DNA from: the human T2T-CHM13v2.0 reference genome, Homo sapiens
Assembly (NCBI RefSeq): GCF_009914755.1
Contig: NC_060929.1
Length of the DNA: 64,000 bases
Reading direction: 5' to 3' (one strand)
Part shown: positions 13,956 to 27,645 of the stretch, in pieces
Position numbering within the stretch: the stretch's first letter is position 1
How the letters are laid out: every line of letters starts with the position of its first letter
Notes under the pieces: generated by a model
What the model was told of the DNA's origin: nothing
Database searches by the model: none
Seen by the model: only the letters and a program-made list of their open reading frames with translations
Translations under genes and position numbers: made by a program

Positions 13956-14251
13956 TTTTTTTTTTTTTTTGAGACAGTCTCTCTCTGTCGCCCAGGCTGG
14001 AGTGCAGTGGCGTGATGTTGGCTCACTGCAACCCTCTGCCTCCCAGGTTCAAGCAATTCTCCTGCCTCAGCCTGCTGAGTAGCTGGGATTATAGGCGCAC
14101 ACGACTATGCCTAGCTAATTTTTGTATTTTTAGTAAAGATGAGGTTTTGCCGTGTTGGCCAGGCTGGTCTCCAACTCCTGATCTCAAGTGATCTGCCTGC
14201 CTTAGCCTCCCAAAGTGCTGGGATTACAGGCGTGAGCCACCGCGCCTGGCC
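13956..14251 (-). mobile_element. AluS (Sz/Sx-like), full length
   Basis: Poly-T followed by the reverse-complement Alu, ending gagccaccgcgcctggcc. Confidence 0.95.
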
Positions 14252-14439
14252 GAATCATTTAGATAAACTACAGAACAATGCTGCAGGCACAACACAAAGA
14301 AGAGCCCTACTCCTTCCCAGGGAAGCATCTAGGAGATAGTGTCACACAGGCAAGGTATTCCTTTCTGCTGACTGCAGATCATGGAAGATCCTCCTTTCTC
14401 TTAATACCTATTTCCTTTGTCTTTTAGTTCAAGGAAAGA

Positions 14440-14635
14440 GCACTAACATTTGATGAGTGTCTATGAGTATATTCCAAGGCCCAAGCACTCTCCATCCTGA
14501 TTTAATCCTCAGAACAACCTATGAGACAGGAATCATTTGCTTCATTTCACATGAGCCACAGCAAGGAAAATTAAATTGTTCCAGGCCCAGAGATTCAAAT
14601 CCAGTTTTGTCTGGCTCCAGACTCTGCTTTCATTA
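14440..14635 (-). mobile_element. MIR SINE
   Basis: atttaatcctcagaacaacctatgag and gattcaaatccag...tctggctccagactc match the reverse-complement MIR core and head. Confidence 0.75.
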
Positions 14636-15456
14636 TTTCCTCTTCTCATCTTCCCAGCACCAACTGTATTTCCTGGAAACTATTCTTGAGACTACAGTAT
14701 GATAACATTACTCCTGCCTTGGAGGCAGTCAAAATTTAGCAACAATTTAGAAGTTTATTCTTGATATTATCAAAGAACATTTTCACCATGCAGAGTATTT
14801 GTAAAAGAGTCCATTTAAATCGAAGCCTTCATTGGTATAATCAAAATTTCAAAACTACAGTCAACTTAAAAGTTTGGATTTTTTTCACTCCTGTTTTTAA
14901 TAATTCTTCTCCTGAACAAAGTGCATGCCTGTGTAATGAGATAATAGGAGCATTCCCTCAAAACAGGTGGAAATCTTCTGATCAAATTCATCAGTTTTAG
15001 TGACTTAACTATAAGTGTATCTCAAAGATTGAACTATTGCTACATGTTATACACCTAAAAGGAAGTAAGATGCCTGACTAATGATGAATTAGAATTACAT
15101 TAGACCCTCTACACAGTTAGTTCATGCCTTTAAAAATTCTTTTCATTTCATTGGTCTCATGTGGATCCTGTGGGCTTATGTGAGACCTACAATCCTCTTC
15201 CTCTATCGGTCTATAAAAGGCAGGCGGCATCGTTTTTCAGTGCCATGGGCTTTAGAAAATGTACAGTCATGATCCCAAGATGATCTTTTTGAATTCTTTC
15301 AATCATCCTCTTCTTAGCACACTCAAATCTCCTTAGTATGCTGCTTCCTTAACTTAGCAAATGATGATTGTGAACCCACAATGTGCTAGCCAATGTGCTA
15401 AGAAACCGTGATAAATAAAGCTGACAAGGTACTTACCCTGGTAGAGTTTATATTCT

Positions 15457-15772
15457 GTTTTTTGTTTGTTTGTTTGTTTGTTTGTTTTTTAAGATAGGGT
15501 CTTGCCCTGTTGCCCAGGTTGGAGTACAGTAGTGTGATAATGACTCACTGTAGCCTCATCCTCTTGGACTCAAGTGATCCTCCTGCCTCAGCTTCCCAAG
15601 TAGCTGGGACTACAGGCACACACCACAATGCTCAGCTAATTTGTTTATTTTTTAAAGAGACAGGGTCTCCCTAGTTTGTCCAAGCTGGCCTTAAACTTCT
15701 GAACTCTAGCAATCCACCCACCTCAGCCTCCCAAAATGCTATAATTACAGGCGTGAGCCACTCGGCCCAGCC
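15457..15772 (-). mobile_element. AluJ, full length, (TTTG)n tail
   Basis: J-type motifs ctcactgtagcctc and ctcaagtgatcctcc. TSD agtttatattct / agtttatgttct. Confidence 0.92.
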
Positions 15773-15788
15773 TAGTTTATGTTCTATA

Positions 15789-16006
15789 TCGGCAAATATT
15801 TTTTAGTAAAGAGTAAGATAGTAAATATTTTAGGCTTTGTCGATCATACAGTCTCCAATGCAATGACTTTATTTTGCTATTGCAGCACAACAGCATCCAT
15901 AGACAACAGATAATTTAGGAAGACAGTAGTGTTCCAATGAAAGGCTATTTATAAAAACAAGCAGTGGGCCAGACTTGGCCTGTGGACCATAACTTACTGA
16001 TCCCTG
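15789..16006 (+). mobile_element. MER58A-like hAT-Charlie DNA transposon relic
   Basis: tcggcaaa...gatagtaaatattttaggctttg...ccatagacaa...tgttccaat...gtgggccagacttggcctgtggaccata...gatccctg matches the MER58A layout. Confidence 0.85.
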
Positions 16007-16087
16007 TTCTATTAGATTCCATGTTGTTACTGGTCTCGCTTTTTATTATATGTATTATTAAAGTAAATCTGATATTATTTTCCATTA

Positions 16088-16360
16088 AACTTTTTATTTT
16101 GATATAATTATAGATTCATATTAAGTTGTAAAAAATAATATAGAGGAATTCTGTACACCTTTCCCCCAAGTGGTAATATCCTCAGAAATGATAGCATGGT
16201 ATCACAACCAAAATATTGACATTGATGCAGGCAAGATACAAAATATTTCCAATACTACAAAAATCCCTCATGTTGACTTTCTATAGCCACACCCACTGCC
16301 CTCTCTACCTGCCCCTCCTTAACCCATGGCAACCACTAATCTCTATTTCTGTAATTCTAT
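16088..16360 (-). mobile_element. L1M (L1MC-like) 3' UTR fragment
   Basis: aactttttattttgatataattatagattca...tatcacaaccaaaatattgacattgat...ggcaaccactaatct. Confidence 0.75.
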
Positions 16361-18382
16361 TTTTATAATTTCCTTCTCATCTCTATAACTTTAAAGGGTA
16401 AGAACACATTTTTTCTTACGATTTCTGTTAACATAGAACACAAAGTCACATCTTACTCTGTGTTAGATTCTAAAACTGATAAATGAGTTAAAACTTAATT
16501 GTATATAAGAAAACTTAACCTTAACAATTCTTAGAAAGGCACCACTTGGTAGATATACACACCAACTCACTCGAAACAGAGTAAAGCCAGCACTTTCTTC
16601 AGTGGTAGACCAGATGGCTTTGTCTCTGTTGTGGCACCTACTCATACTCAGATTATGTATCTTTAGTCACTGGAATTGCATTCAGCACATCAAGAAAAGA
16701 AACATGTGGGAACTGAGGCTACCAAAAAAACACAACAGTTTCAGGTTCCTATCTGAAGTACCTTATGCCTTATATGGTGCCCATTGAGTAGAATATCTTC
16801 TCCATCCTTCACTGTCTCCTTCTGTTCTTTAATGCAAAGCACATAATGCCTAGTATTAAATATATTGATCTCTTTGAATATCACCGGAGTTTTTACAATA
16901 TTGTTCAGTGTCTTGGTAGAGCTCATCTAACTCAGTAGAAATAGCAAAACTGCTGTCTGCTTCTATGTAAGTTCCATCTATTGGGTTATACTACTTTAGC
17001 CAGCTGGTGTCTTACAACTGCATCTGTTACTTAAAAAAAAAATAAAAAATGCTCTTCCCTTTAGTAGACATTATATAGCTTTGTTATTGTAATTTTGGGC
17101 ACACTGCATGAAGACTCTTATCTAAAATTGGATATTTGTTTTGTACATTAAGAAGACAAATAGGTTTGATTCTTGTTTTATTTATTTTTTATCTTCCATG
17201 CAGTACAGAATGCAAACATCCATAGAAAGAATCAATTCCCTCCAATACTAAGAGCTTTGTTGTCTCTTTTTTGACTTTCAAAGACCTTGGCTACTGTAAA
17301 ACAAATCAGTTAAAAAAAAAACAAAGCATTATTCAAAGGGAGCACTCTGGTATGCTAAGTTTTCACCCAGAGGGAATTTTTACAGTGAAGTTACAACCCT
17401 CTTAAAATAGGGTTATAATAGAAAACATCAGTAGACAAACAGTAGTCACTTTAGAAGTTCTCTTTAATAGCAGTATAAGCATTGACTATTTCTTCCTGGG
17501 AAATATTTGAAATACCTAAATGTGTTCCATCTTTACTCAGCCATGCACCTTCTAAATAATTTCCTAGTACAAGTGGAGGTTTGTGACTAGGAGAACAGCA
17601 TGGGCTGTCTGGAATGTTTCCTCAGATTTCTGCAGTAAGCTTATGCCCTTCACATCAGTCACTCTTAACATGAAAGAGACTTGATTTAACTTCTGCCCAG
17701 CAGTACACCCCTGGACTGTTATGAAATGGAAGCTTATATTCAATGCACGAGCTTGCGCCTTACAATCTCAGCTTTCCCCAGGGACAGCAAAGTCCTCCCT
17801 CCTTAGCCTTTGCCATGTTTGGTAGTTGTGGCTGTTTCAGCATACATCTCAGGCTGCCTTACAGAATCATTACTGGTGCACATGTCCATTTTTCCCATCA
17901 GATTCCAAGCTCTCAAGAACAAAAACATTATTCTCTACAGCATCCAGTACAGAGCTTGGCACATGGTAAGTGCTGAAACAGCATATGTGAGAAGAAAGCC
18001 CCTGAGAGATGTTTACTGCTCTAAGTGAAAAAGGTCTGGGATATCAGATTTGGGTAATACACAAGACTAGGGACACACTGATCCTGGGTAAACTACAACA
18101 ACAACAACAATTTTTTAATGTAGTGTGGGGAATTAAGAAAAAAAAATTTTAAGAGATTGAAAGGAATAGAACAGGAGTAGCAAGCTGAAACTGAAGCCAG
18201 ATAGGTGAACAATATCACCAAATCTGGAGTTAACCTAGAGTAAATTTCAACAGTAGTGGAGAACTTGGGTGGCTAAATGTTGTCACTGCTGCAAGCTGAG
18301 GGAGCTGAATCTGGGAAATATGCATTAGTATGGATCCTCCAAAACAGCTAAAGAGATCCCACGTTAGAAGCACCCCACTCCC

Positions 18383-18796
<414 letters not shown>

Positions 18797-19282
18797 TCAC
18801 AACAGCAACAACAAACATTACCAACCACACAAGGAAATAAGCAGCTATAAGTGAATTCAGCGAAAACAAAAATCCATGAAGTTAGTGCCTTGATGATTTT
18901 ACTACTGGAATAATTCTAAGATACAGAATATAAAATAGGTGTGACATATTTCTTAAAAATATATAATTTTGCAAAAACAACTTTTTATTTATCAAGCAAA
19001 AGACTTTACAAAATTATCAGAAAGAGTTAAATAAGAATCAAACCAACTTTCAAAAATAAAAGTTATAAGCATTTAAATTTAAACCTCAATTGAAGTATGA
19101 GACAGTCGATTATATACTGCTGAAGAAAAAATTAGATAATGGGGTAATAGATATTTAAAAGTTACTCACAATGCAGTGCAGAGAATAGAAAGTATGGAGA
19201 AGGCTTAGTGAGAAGACTAAAAATCAGTTAATGGAATTTTTAGAAGGAAAGAAGAGAAAGAATGGAGGAGAAGCAATATTTA

Positions 19283-19586
<304 letters not shown>

Positions 19587-20340
19587 TAGTGTTATAAAAG
19601 GTAATGGTTGATGATATTCCATGACTGATGAAACACAAGACTTTTCACACAGAGGATGCAAAACCCATATCAAACAGCACAGATAAAACCAAATCCACAC
19701 TTAGTCACATTGTAGTCAAAGAGCAGAATATCAATGACGAAATAAAGAATTATAAGGCATGAAGAGGAAAATTGCAAATCACAGAGAAACAATTAAATGG
19801 GAAGCAAGATTCTCAAAAGCTGTAGTGAAAGCTGGAAGATAGTGAAAGAATGCCATCCGAATGCTAACGTATACAACCATCAACCTAAAACAGGATATTC
19901 AGCAAAATATCCTTTAAGAATGAGGATGAAATAAGGACGTGTTTAAATAAGCAAATACTGATATAGTCTACTCAGCAGACTTTCACCATTGAAACTTTTA
20001 AAAGATGTATTTCAGAAAATAAGAAAGCTGCCCAATACAGGAGAAGAAAATGAGAAAAACGAAAGTGGAAAACATGTATGTAAATTTAAGCAAACATTCT
20101 ATACAATAATAATGATGCTAATGTCTGATGTTATTGGATTAAAAACTAAAATAATGAACAAAAATAAAAGGTATTTTGGAGAATGGTTCTCAGAATAACA
20201 AATGTTTTAAGTTTGTGTATGGTTTGGAAAGTCATTTAGATAAGACTAACTTTGGACTTCGGTTAAGTCTAAATAGTAGTGGTAGTCCAAATACACAGTA
20301 AAATTTAAAGTGTAGCCACTACAAAAATAGACAGTCATAT

Positions 20341-20872
20341 TGTGTCTGGGGTTGGTTTTTTCTGGTGAGTTCTTGGTCTCTCTGACTTCCAGAATGAAGC
20401 CGTGTACCTTTGCAGTGAGTGTTGCAGCTCTTAAACGTGGCACGGACCCAAAGAATGACCGGCAGCAAGATTTACTGTGAAAAGCAAAAGAACAAAGCTT
20501 CCACAAAGTGGAAGGTGACCCAAGCCGGTTGCCGCTGCTGGCTGTGGTGGCCAGCTTTTATTGCCTTATTTGTCCCCGCTCACATCCTGCTGATTGGTCC
20601 ATTTTACAGAGCGCTGATTGGTCCATTTTACAGAGTGTTGATTGGTCCATTTTACAAACCTCTAGCCAGCCATCAAGTGCTGATTGGTGCGTTTTTACAG
20701 AGCACTGATTGGCACATTTTATAAACCTCTAGCTAGCCACAGAGTGCTGGTTGGTGCGTTTTACAATCCTAGCTACAGAGTGTTGATTGGTGCATTTTGC
20801 AATCCTCCTACAAGACAGAAAAGTTCTCCAAGTCCCCACCTGACCCAAAAGTCCAGCTGGCTTCACCTCTTA
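20341..20872 (-). mobile_element. LTR12-family (ERV9) solo LTR, LTR12F-like size
   Basis: The reverse complement begins agaggtgaagccagctggac and ends gacaca. It contains tandem gctgattggtccattttacag units and has a 4-bp TSD atat (20337-20340 / 20873-20876). Confidence 0.92.
20556..20790 (-). promoter_or_regulatory. LTR12 U3 promoter: six CCAAT boxes plus AATAAAA TATA-like element
   Basis: ATTGG at 20593, 20617, 20641, 20683, 20708 and 20786; TTTTATT at 20556-20562. NF-Y dependence of ERV9 LTR promoters is established, but activity of this copy is unknown. Confidence 0.55.
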
Positions 20873-21526
20873 ATATTATCCAAATAACTAGAAGGAAAAA
20901 TAGAATAAGAAAATAAACAAACTCAAATTTATACACACAGAAAAGTCATGATATAGAAAACTACAAAGTAACACAGAAAACACAAATTTAAACGTATTAC
21001 TAATAAAAATAAATGTAAATGATTTCAGTTGTCCAGCCAAGGAATAGAGATAATCAGATTGGGTGGGAAAGCATCTGGCTATATGCTAGTTACAAAATAA
21101 AGTTTAAAAATGAGTACATGGCAAGATTGAAAGTAAAACGATGAAAATTGATCAAGTTGAAAGTAAAAGGAGAAAAAAATATAAGATTAAAATGAACCAA
21201 TGAAAACAGGGTTAAATATATTAATTCAGAAAAAAATGACCTTAAGAGGCACACATGTTTTTCAAACAAAATGTGTCACCGTGGTAAAGGTTCTTCTCAA
21301 CAGAAACATGTAAAAATTTAAAATGTTTATGCACCAAATAGGGACTCAAAAAGTACAAAACAATAAAGTGATAAAATTACAGATAAAAAGTAACAAATCC
21401 ATCATTATAGTGGAACATTTCAGTATGTATCTCTCCATAATTGATGGCTCAAGCTTTCAAAAGAGTGGTAAATATGTGAAATTTTAAATCACAGTCAACA
21501 TGCTTGACTTAAAAGATGTAAATAGG

Positions 21527-21861
<335 letters not shown>

Positions 21862-23894
21862 TTAGAGAATATATAGTCCTCTCAAGCACACATGGAACAT
21901 TTACAAAAACATCGTCCACACAGAAGCCATAAAGCAAGTACCAACAAATTTCAGATTTTAACCATAATGTAATAAAGTTAGAAATGAATAAATAGAAATA
22001 AGTTATGTGAGTTTTAAAAAAACTCATATAGCCATTTTTAAAAGACTTCTAAGTAACGCATAAGTCAAAAACATTATAATTGATATTTTAAAATACAAGT
22101 AGACGATAACTTGAGAGAGGTAAGCACCAATGAAAAGCACAAACACAAACTAGAAACCTGAAGAAGGTATTTGCCACATACATAGCCAAATACTGAATGG
22201 TATTCAGAATATATAAAGAAGTGCTGTTAATCACTAAGGCAAGCAACCAAATGGGAAAAGATATGAACAGGTATTTTAGAGAGGAGGAAACAAGACTGGC
22301 AAATGAACCTATGGAAAGAGCTCAACATCATTCACAGTCAGGGAAACACTAATTAAAACACAATGAGATACCATTTTTCATCCATTAGAACAGCAAAAAT
22401 TAAGAAACCTGACAACACTAAACGTTGGCAAGAGTGTGGAAGAATAATCTGCCTCTCAACTAATGAGAATATGAATTATTATAACTACTTTGCAATGAAA
22501 TTTTGCATTGTTTGGAAAAGTTGAACTTTCAGCCAAAAATTATAGTGCCAATTTATGCTAGAGGAACTTTTGCATATGTATACCAGGAGACATGTACACA
22601 ATTATTCAGAACAGAATTATTGTAGCAAAAAAAACTAAAAACAAACCAAACAAATTAAGGATATGCACAAATTGTGGGTTTATTCAAACAGTAAAAATAT
22701 ACTGTTATGAAAATGAATTAACTATAGCTATGTACAAGAGCATGGATGAATTTTAGAAATGTGTTGAATGAAAAAAAGTAAAGTATGAAAAAATTGTATT
22801 GTATTTGAAATCAAAGCTAAATACATAGTGATAAAGGCATACATGTTGTGCATCTGTGGTTAAAAGTTATATTTAAAAATGGGGAGGAGGAGTTGAGAGT
22901 TGCGGATGAAAGTAACTGTTAATGGGTACAGTGCTTCCTTTTTTAGTGATAAAATATGCTAAAATGATTGTGATGATGGTTGCAGAACTCTGTAAATATC
23001 AATTAAAAAAACTTTGAACTTTACACTTTAAATGAGTGTATGGTATGGGTGTGGATTATATCTCAATAAAGCTGTTTAAGGGAAAAAGCAAGGGAATGAA
23101 CACAAACACAAAAGGAGAGTGGTTGCCTTTGATAACAGAATGATGGAGATCAGTTAATTTGGTGGACTTTTGTTGTAGTTTTATTCATGCTTATAAGTGT
23201 ACGTGTGTGTGTGTGTATTTTTCCATTTGTGTCAAATATCATGTAAGTTTAAAGGCTGCGAGTAAAACAAACAAATTTACATATTTCCCCTAGAGAAACC
23301 TTATTTTGAGCTTCCAGAAATTCACATGCAGCAAAGCCCCAACTCTGTAAAAGTGACTCACACCAGAATTCTTATTTCTGGAATAATTGAGTTTGTATGA
23401 ACAAAGTGAAATAAATTTCAAACACTAAAATCCTCTGGTATATAGATTTGCCCATTATAATTCAAAAGTCTAAATACACTGCAGAAGTAAAACAGAACAT
23501 AAGGACAATTTACATCAACAACTTGCCCTTGGAAGTGTTTTTAAAGTGAAGCTGACTTGTATAAAACGTCTTTAATATGAATATTTCCATTGGATTTGAA
23601 AAAATAGGTAAATGCCTTTAACTTTTATTTAAGATATTTGCAGGCGGCCTTGAGGCATGGAAAAGAAGATTGTGCTAATCTGTCCGAAGTTCAGCTACGA
23701 ATTCTACAGTGTTTCACTCTTCTCTTTTACCAAAAAAAAAAAAAAAAAAAAAAATTATTTCACAGAGGGAACAAAATTGTAAATACTGAGAACAATCATA
23801 TCTAAATTATATTAGACCAAAATTATTGTTAAATTATGTCACCATTTGTGTCTTTGATTTGTATGTTCAGAAACAATAAGACATGGTACTTCTA

Positions 23895-24173
23895 GGCCAG
23901 GCATGATGCCTCACACCTGTAAATTTGGCGCTTTGGGAGGCCAAAGTGAGAGGCTTGCCTGAGCCCAGGAGCTTGAGACCAGCTTGGGCAACATAGAAAG
24001 ACCCCTGTCTCTACAAAAAATACAAAAATTAGCTAGGTGTTGTGGCGTGGGCCTGTATCTCAGCTAATTGGAAGGCTTAGGTAGGAAAATCAACGGAGCC
24101 CAGGAGGTAGAGGCTGCAGTGAGCCATCATGGCATCACTGCATTCCAGGCTGGGTGACACAACAAGACCCTGT
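23895..24173 (+). mobile_element. AluJ lacking its poly-A tail
   Basis: J-type dimer ending abruptly at caagaccctgt, directly followed by a duplicated 44-mer. Confidence 0.9.
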
Positions 24174-24726
24174 TGATTCACATTAGTAAATCTTATGTTA
24201 TCATTTCAGCACCTTTGGACTTTATACAGCTGTGGCTTTTCTTGTCATTACTAGAATTTTACCTTAAAGATCTGGAAATAAACATACACTATGTGAAATA
24301 TTGTCTTAACAAGACTTGACTAACATATTATTTTCATGTACACTTTTTTTTTTTTTTTTTGAGACGGAGTCTTGCTCTGTCACCCAGGCTGGAGTGCGGT
24401 GGTGCGATCTCGACTCACTGCAACCTTTGAGGCCTCCCCAGTTCAAGTGATTCTCCTGCCTCAGCCTCCCAAGTAGCTGGGACTACAGGCGCCCACCACC
24501 ACGCCCGGCTAATTTCTTATATTTTTTAGTAGACATGGAGTTACACCGTGTTAGCCAGGATGGTCTCGATCTCCTGACCTCATGATCTGCCCACCTCGGC
24601 CTCCCAAAGTGCTGAGATTACAGGCATGAGCCACCACGCCCGGCCATGTACACATATTTTTTAAGTGCTGGGCCAATCTCAAGTTGATTCACATTTGTAA
24701 ATCTTATGTTATCATTGGAGCACCTT
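24172..24726 (+). repeat. 44-bp direct repeat pair (24172-24215 and 24683-24726)
   Basis: gttgattcacattagtaaatcttatgttatcatttcagcacctt versus gttgattcacatttgtaaatcttatgttatcattggagcacctt, 41/44 identical. Confidence 0.9.
24344..24645 (-). mobile_element. Alu (Sc/Y-like)
   Basis: ccgtgttagccaggatggtctcgatctcctgacctcatg. TSD atgtacac. Confidence 0.95.
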
Positions 24727-24891
24727 CAACGAAGTCTCTAAGCTCCAAACCTTTACCTCTTGCACTAATCAAGTATCTTAAATTCTATTCAAAGAGATCT
24801 AGTCCTTTCTCGAAGGCTTAGAAGTTCTTCTCGAAGACAGAAGTCTTCGAGGCTTCTGTCTTTCGGAGTCCCCTATTAAAGTGCAAATGCT

Positions 24892-25183
24892 GGATGGGCA
24901 CCGTAGCTCACGCCTGTAGTCCCAGCATTTTGGGAGGCCGGAGCGGGTGGATTGTTTGAGACCAGGAGTTCAAGACCAGACTGAGCAATATGGCAAAATC
25001 CTGTCTCTACAAAAATTCAAAAACAGCCAGGTTTGATGGCATGCGCCTGTAGAGCCAGCTCCTAGGGACGCTAAGGTGGAAGAATCACCTGAGCCCAGGA
25101 GGTTGAAGCTGTAGTGAGCTGTGATTATGCCACTGCCCTCCAGCCTGAGCGACAGAGTGAGACAGTCTCAAAAATAAAATAAA
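24892..25183 (+). mobile_element. AluJ
   Basis: Diverged dimer with gagcccaggag and gctgtagtgagctgtgat. TSD taaagtgcaaa / taaagtacaaa. Confidence 0.9.
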
Positions 25184-25849
25184 GTACAAAAGGCCTTCAG
25201 AAAGCAATGACCTCAAGAGAGCAATTTTGCATGATGAACTGTCAGTTGGGCTCAGGTCCCTGGTCTATAGAAATCTGAATCAAGATAGCGCCGTCAGTGA
25301 GGGAGGAAAAAGTGAAGGTGAGTAAGATGGAGATGACTGTGGAAGTAGAAGGAAGGCACATATTCACCAAGAGGAGAGAATCACAGAAGACACTGCCGGG
25401 GAGAAGGGGGATCAAGCAAAACCATGCTTCTCCATTTCACAGCATTTTGGAAGGGTAGATAATACAAAGGAGCTAAGAGACTTGCTTACAATGGCAGCAG
25501 AACAAGACAATTTTGTAGCAAGGAATCCAGAAACACCAAGTCACAGGTCACCAATTCAGCTGGCTTCAGCACTATGATTTTGAAACTCTCATAAAAAGTG
25601 TGTTAAGCAGAACAAAAGTTTATTGTCCTGTATTACTGTACACAGCGTTTCTAGAATAATAGATTAGATGCCTCTAGGAGCTTAGAGAGAGAACCATATG
25701 GATGAGAAAGATTCCCCACTGATACCTGATACATGTCTAGACTCCCTGAAGCAACTTAATGTACATCTTGAGATTCAAGCCGGGAGAGGTTTTAATATTT
25801 ATCTTTCTTAATTATAAAGGTGATACATTTTCATCATGAAAAACAGAGA

Positions 25850-26735
25850 AATTGAAAATGACTGTAAAACACCATTTCATATTCATCAGACAGGCAAAAA
25901 TTGAAAAGCCCAATAATATCAAATATTATTCAGGATGAAGAGAAATAGAAACTCTTTAACATTGCCGGAAAGAGTAGATTTTTAGAACAACCACTTTGGC
26001 AAGACCTAGTAAAATTTAAAAATGTATGTACTCTTTTCTTTTTTTTTTTTTCTTTCTTTTTTGTCTTGAGACAGAGTTTCACTCTTGTTGCCCGTTGCTG
26101 GATGCAGTGGCACAATCTCAGGTCACAGCAACCTCCGCCTCTCAGGTTCAAGAGACTCTCCTGCCTCAGCCTCCTAAATAGCTCGGATTACAGGCATTCG
26201 CCACCACGCCAGGCTAATTTTGTATTTTTAGTAGAGATGGGATTTCACCATATTGGTCAGGATGGTCTTGAACTCTTGACCTTATGTGTTCCACCCGTCT
26301 CGGCCTCCCAAAGTGCTGAGATTACAGGCATGAGCCACCAAGCCTGGCCATGTGTACTCTTTAACCCAGAAATTCCACCACTAGGTATCCACCTTTGAGA
26401 AACTCACCATTTACACAACAAACCATGTACAAAGATGTTTGTTATAGCACTTTTTATAATAATAAAAAAGTGAAACCAATCTATATATTCCTCAAGGGGG
26501 ATAGACATAAACTGTAGAATAATATATAACAGCCAAAATTAGTGAACTGTATCTACAGATATCAACATGAATGATTATGAAAAACAACTTGTTATATTTT
26601 TTGAAAAGCAAATTACAAAAGGATATGTACAGTATAATATTTAGTTATAATATTAACTCATACTATATATAGTTTAGGATACATACATATGTGTTAAAAA
26701 TTACAAGACGTATTTCAGAATGATGCACAGTGTAT
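25850..26735 (+). mobile_element. L1ME-like ORF2 end / 3' UTR, interrupted by an Alu
   Basis: acaaccactttggcaa, aacccagaaattccaccactaggtat, atgtacaaagatgtttgttatagcac, atatcaacatgaat. Confidence 0.7.
26034..26349 (-). mobile_element. AluS
   Basis: Reverse-complement dimer. TSD atgtatgtactcttt / atgtgtactcttt. Confidence 0.93.
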
Positions 26736-26736
26736 G

Positions 26737-27175
26737 GGTTAATTTAGGTTACCATTGACAAGAAATTTAGTGATAGTGGCATAAATACATTAGAATTAGA
26801 TTTGTCAAATAGAAGTCTACATAAGTTGCTTTAGTTGAGATGGCAACTCTGCAGGCATGAAGAAAACGAATTTTTCTGTCTCGTAGCGCCACCGTCCATA
26901 GCCCATAGCTTCTACGTAGTGGTCCAAGAGAGCTCCTACCATGATAGCCCCACTCTAGCCAGTATGAAGGAGGAAGAGGAAAGAGAAGGGGCCCTTCCTT
27001 CTTTAGCGAATCCTCCAGGATGTTGTACATATAACTTCTACTTTAATTCCACTTCCACTGGCCGGAATTCACTCAAATGGCAATATCTGGGAGATGCAAT
27101 GTTTATTCTAGGCAAACATGTACCTAAAGAAAAAGCAGTGATTACTTCTACAAAGCGGGTGGGAGAATAGGAGAG
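26737..27175 (-). mobile_element. MLT1 (MaLR) LTR, old (MLT1J-like)
   Basis: tagtggcataaata, acatataacttctacttta...ccactggccggaa and ctgggagatgcaatgtttattc resemble reverse-complement old MLT1. Confidence 0.5.
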
Positions 27176-27333
27176 AGGAGTGACACTAAAGTTGTTACCT
27201 GTAATGTCAAATTTCTTGTATGTTTTAAAGAGAGATCGGAAGCAAATATGGCCTATTATTAGCATCTGTTTAATCTTTGTGATGGGTGCATAAGTATCAT
27301 TTCTGTGATTGCCAATCTTGTCTATTTCTTTGA

Positions 27334-27645
<312 letters not shown>

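Noticed and set aside
20588-20800. Regularly spaced ~24-nt repeats resembling a CRISPR array
   Set aside because: These are the known CCAAT tandem units of LTR12 U3. There are no unique spacers and no cas genes, and the context is eukaryotic.
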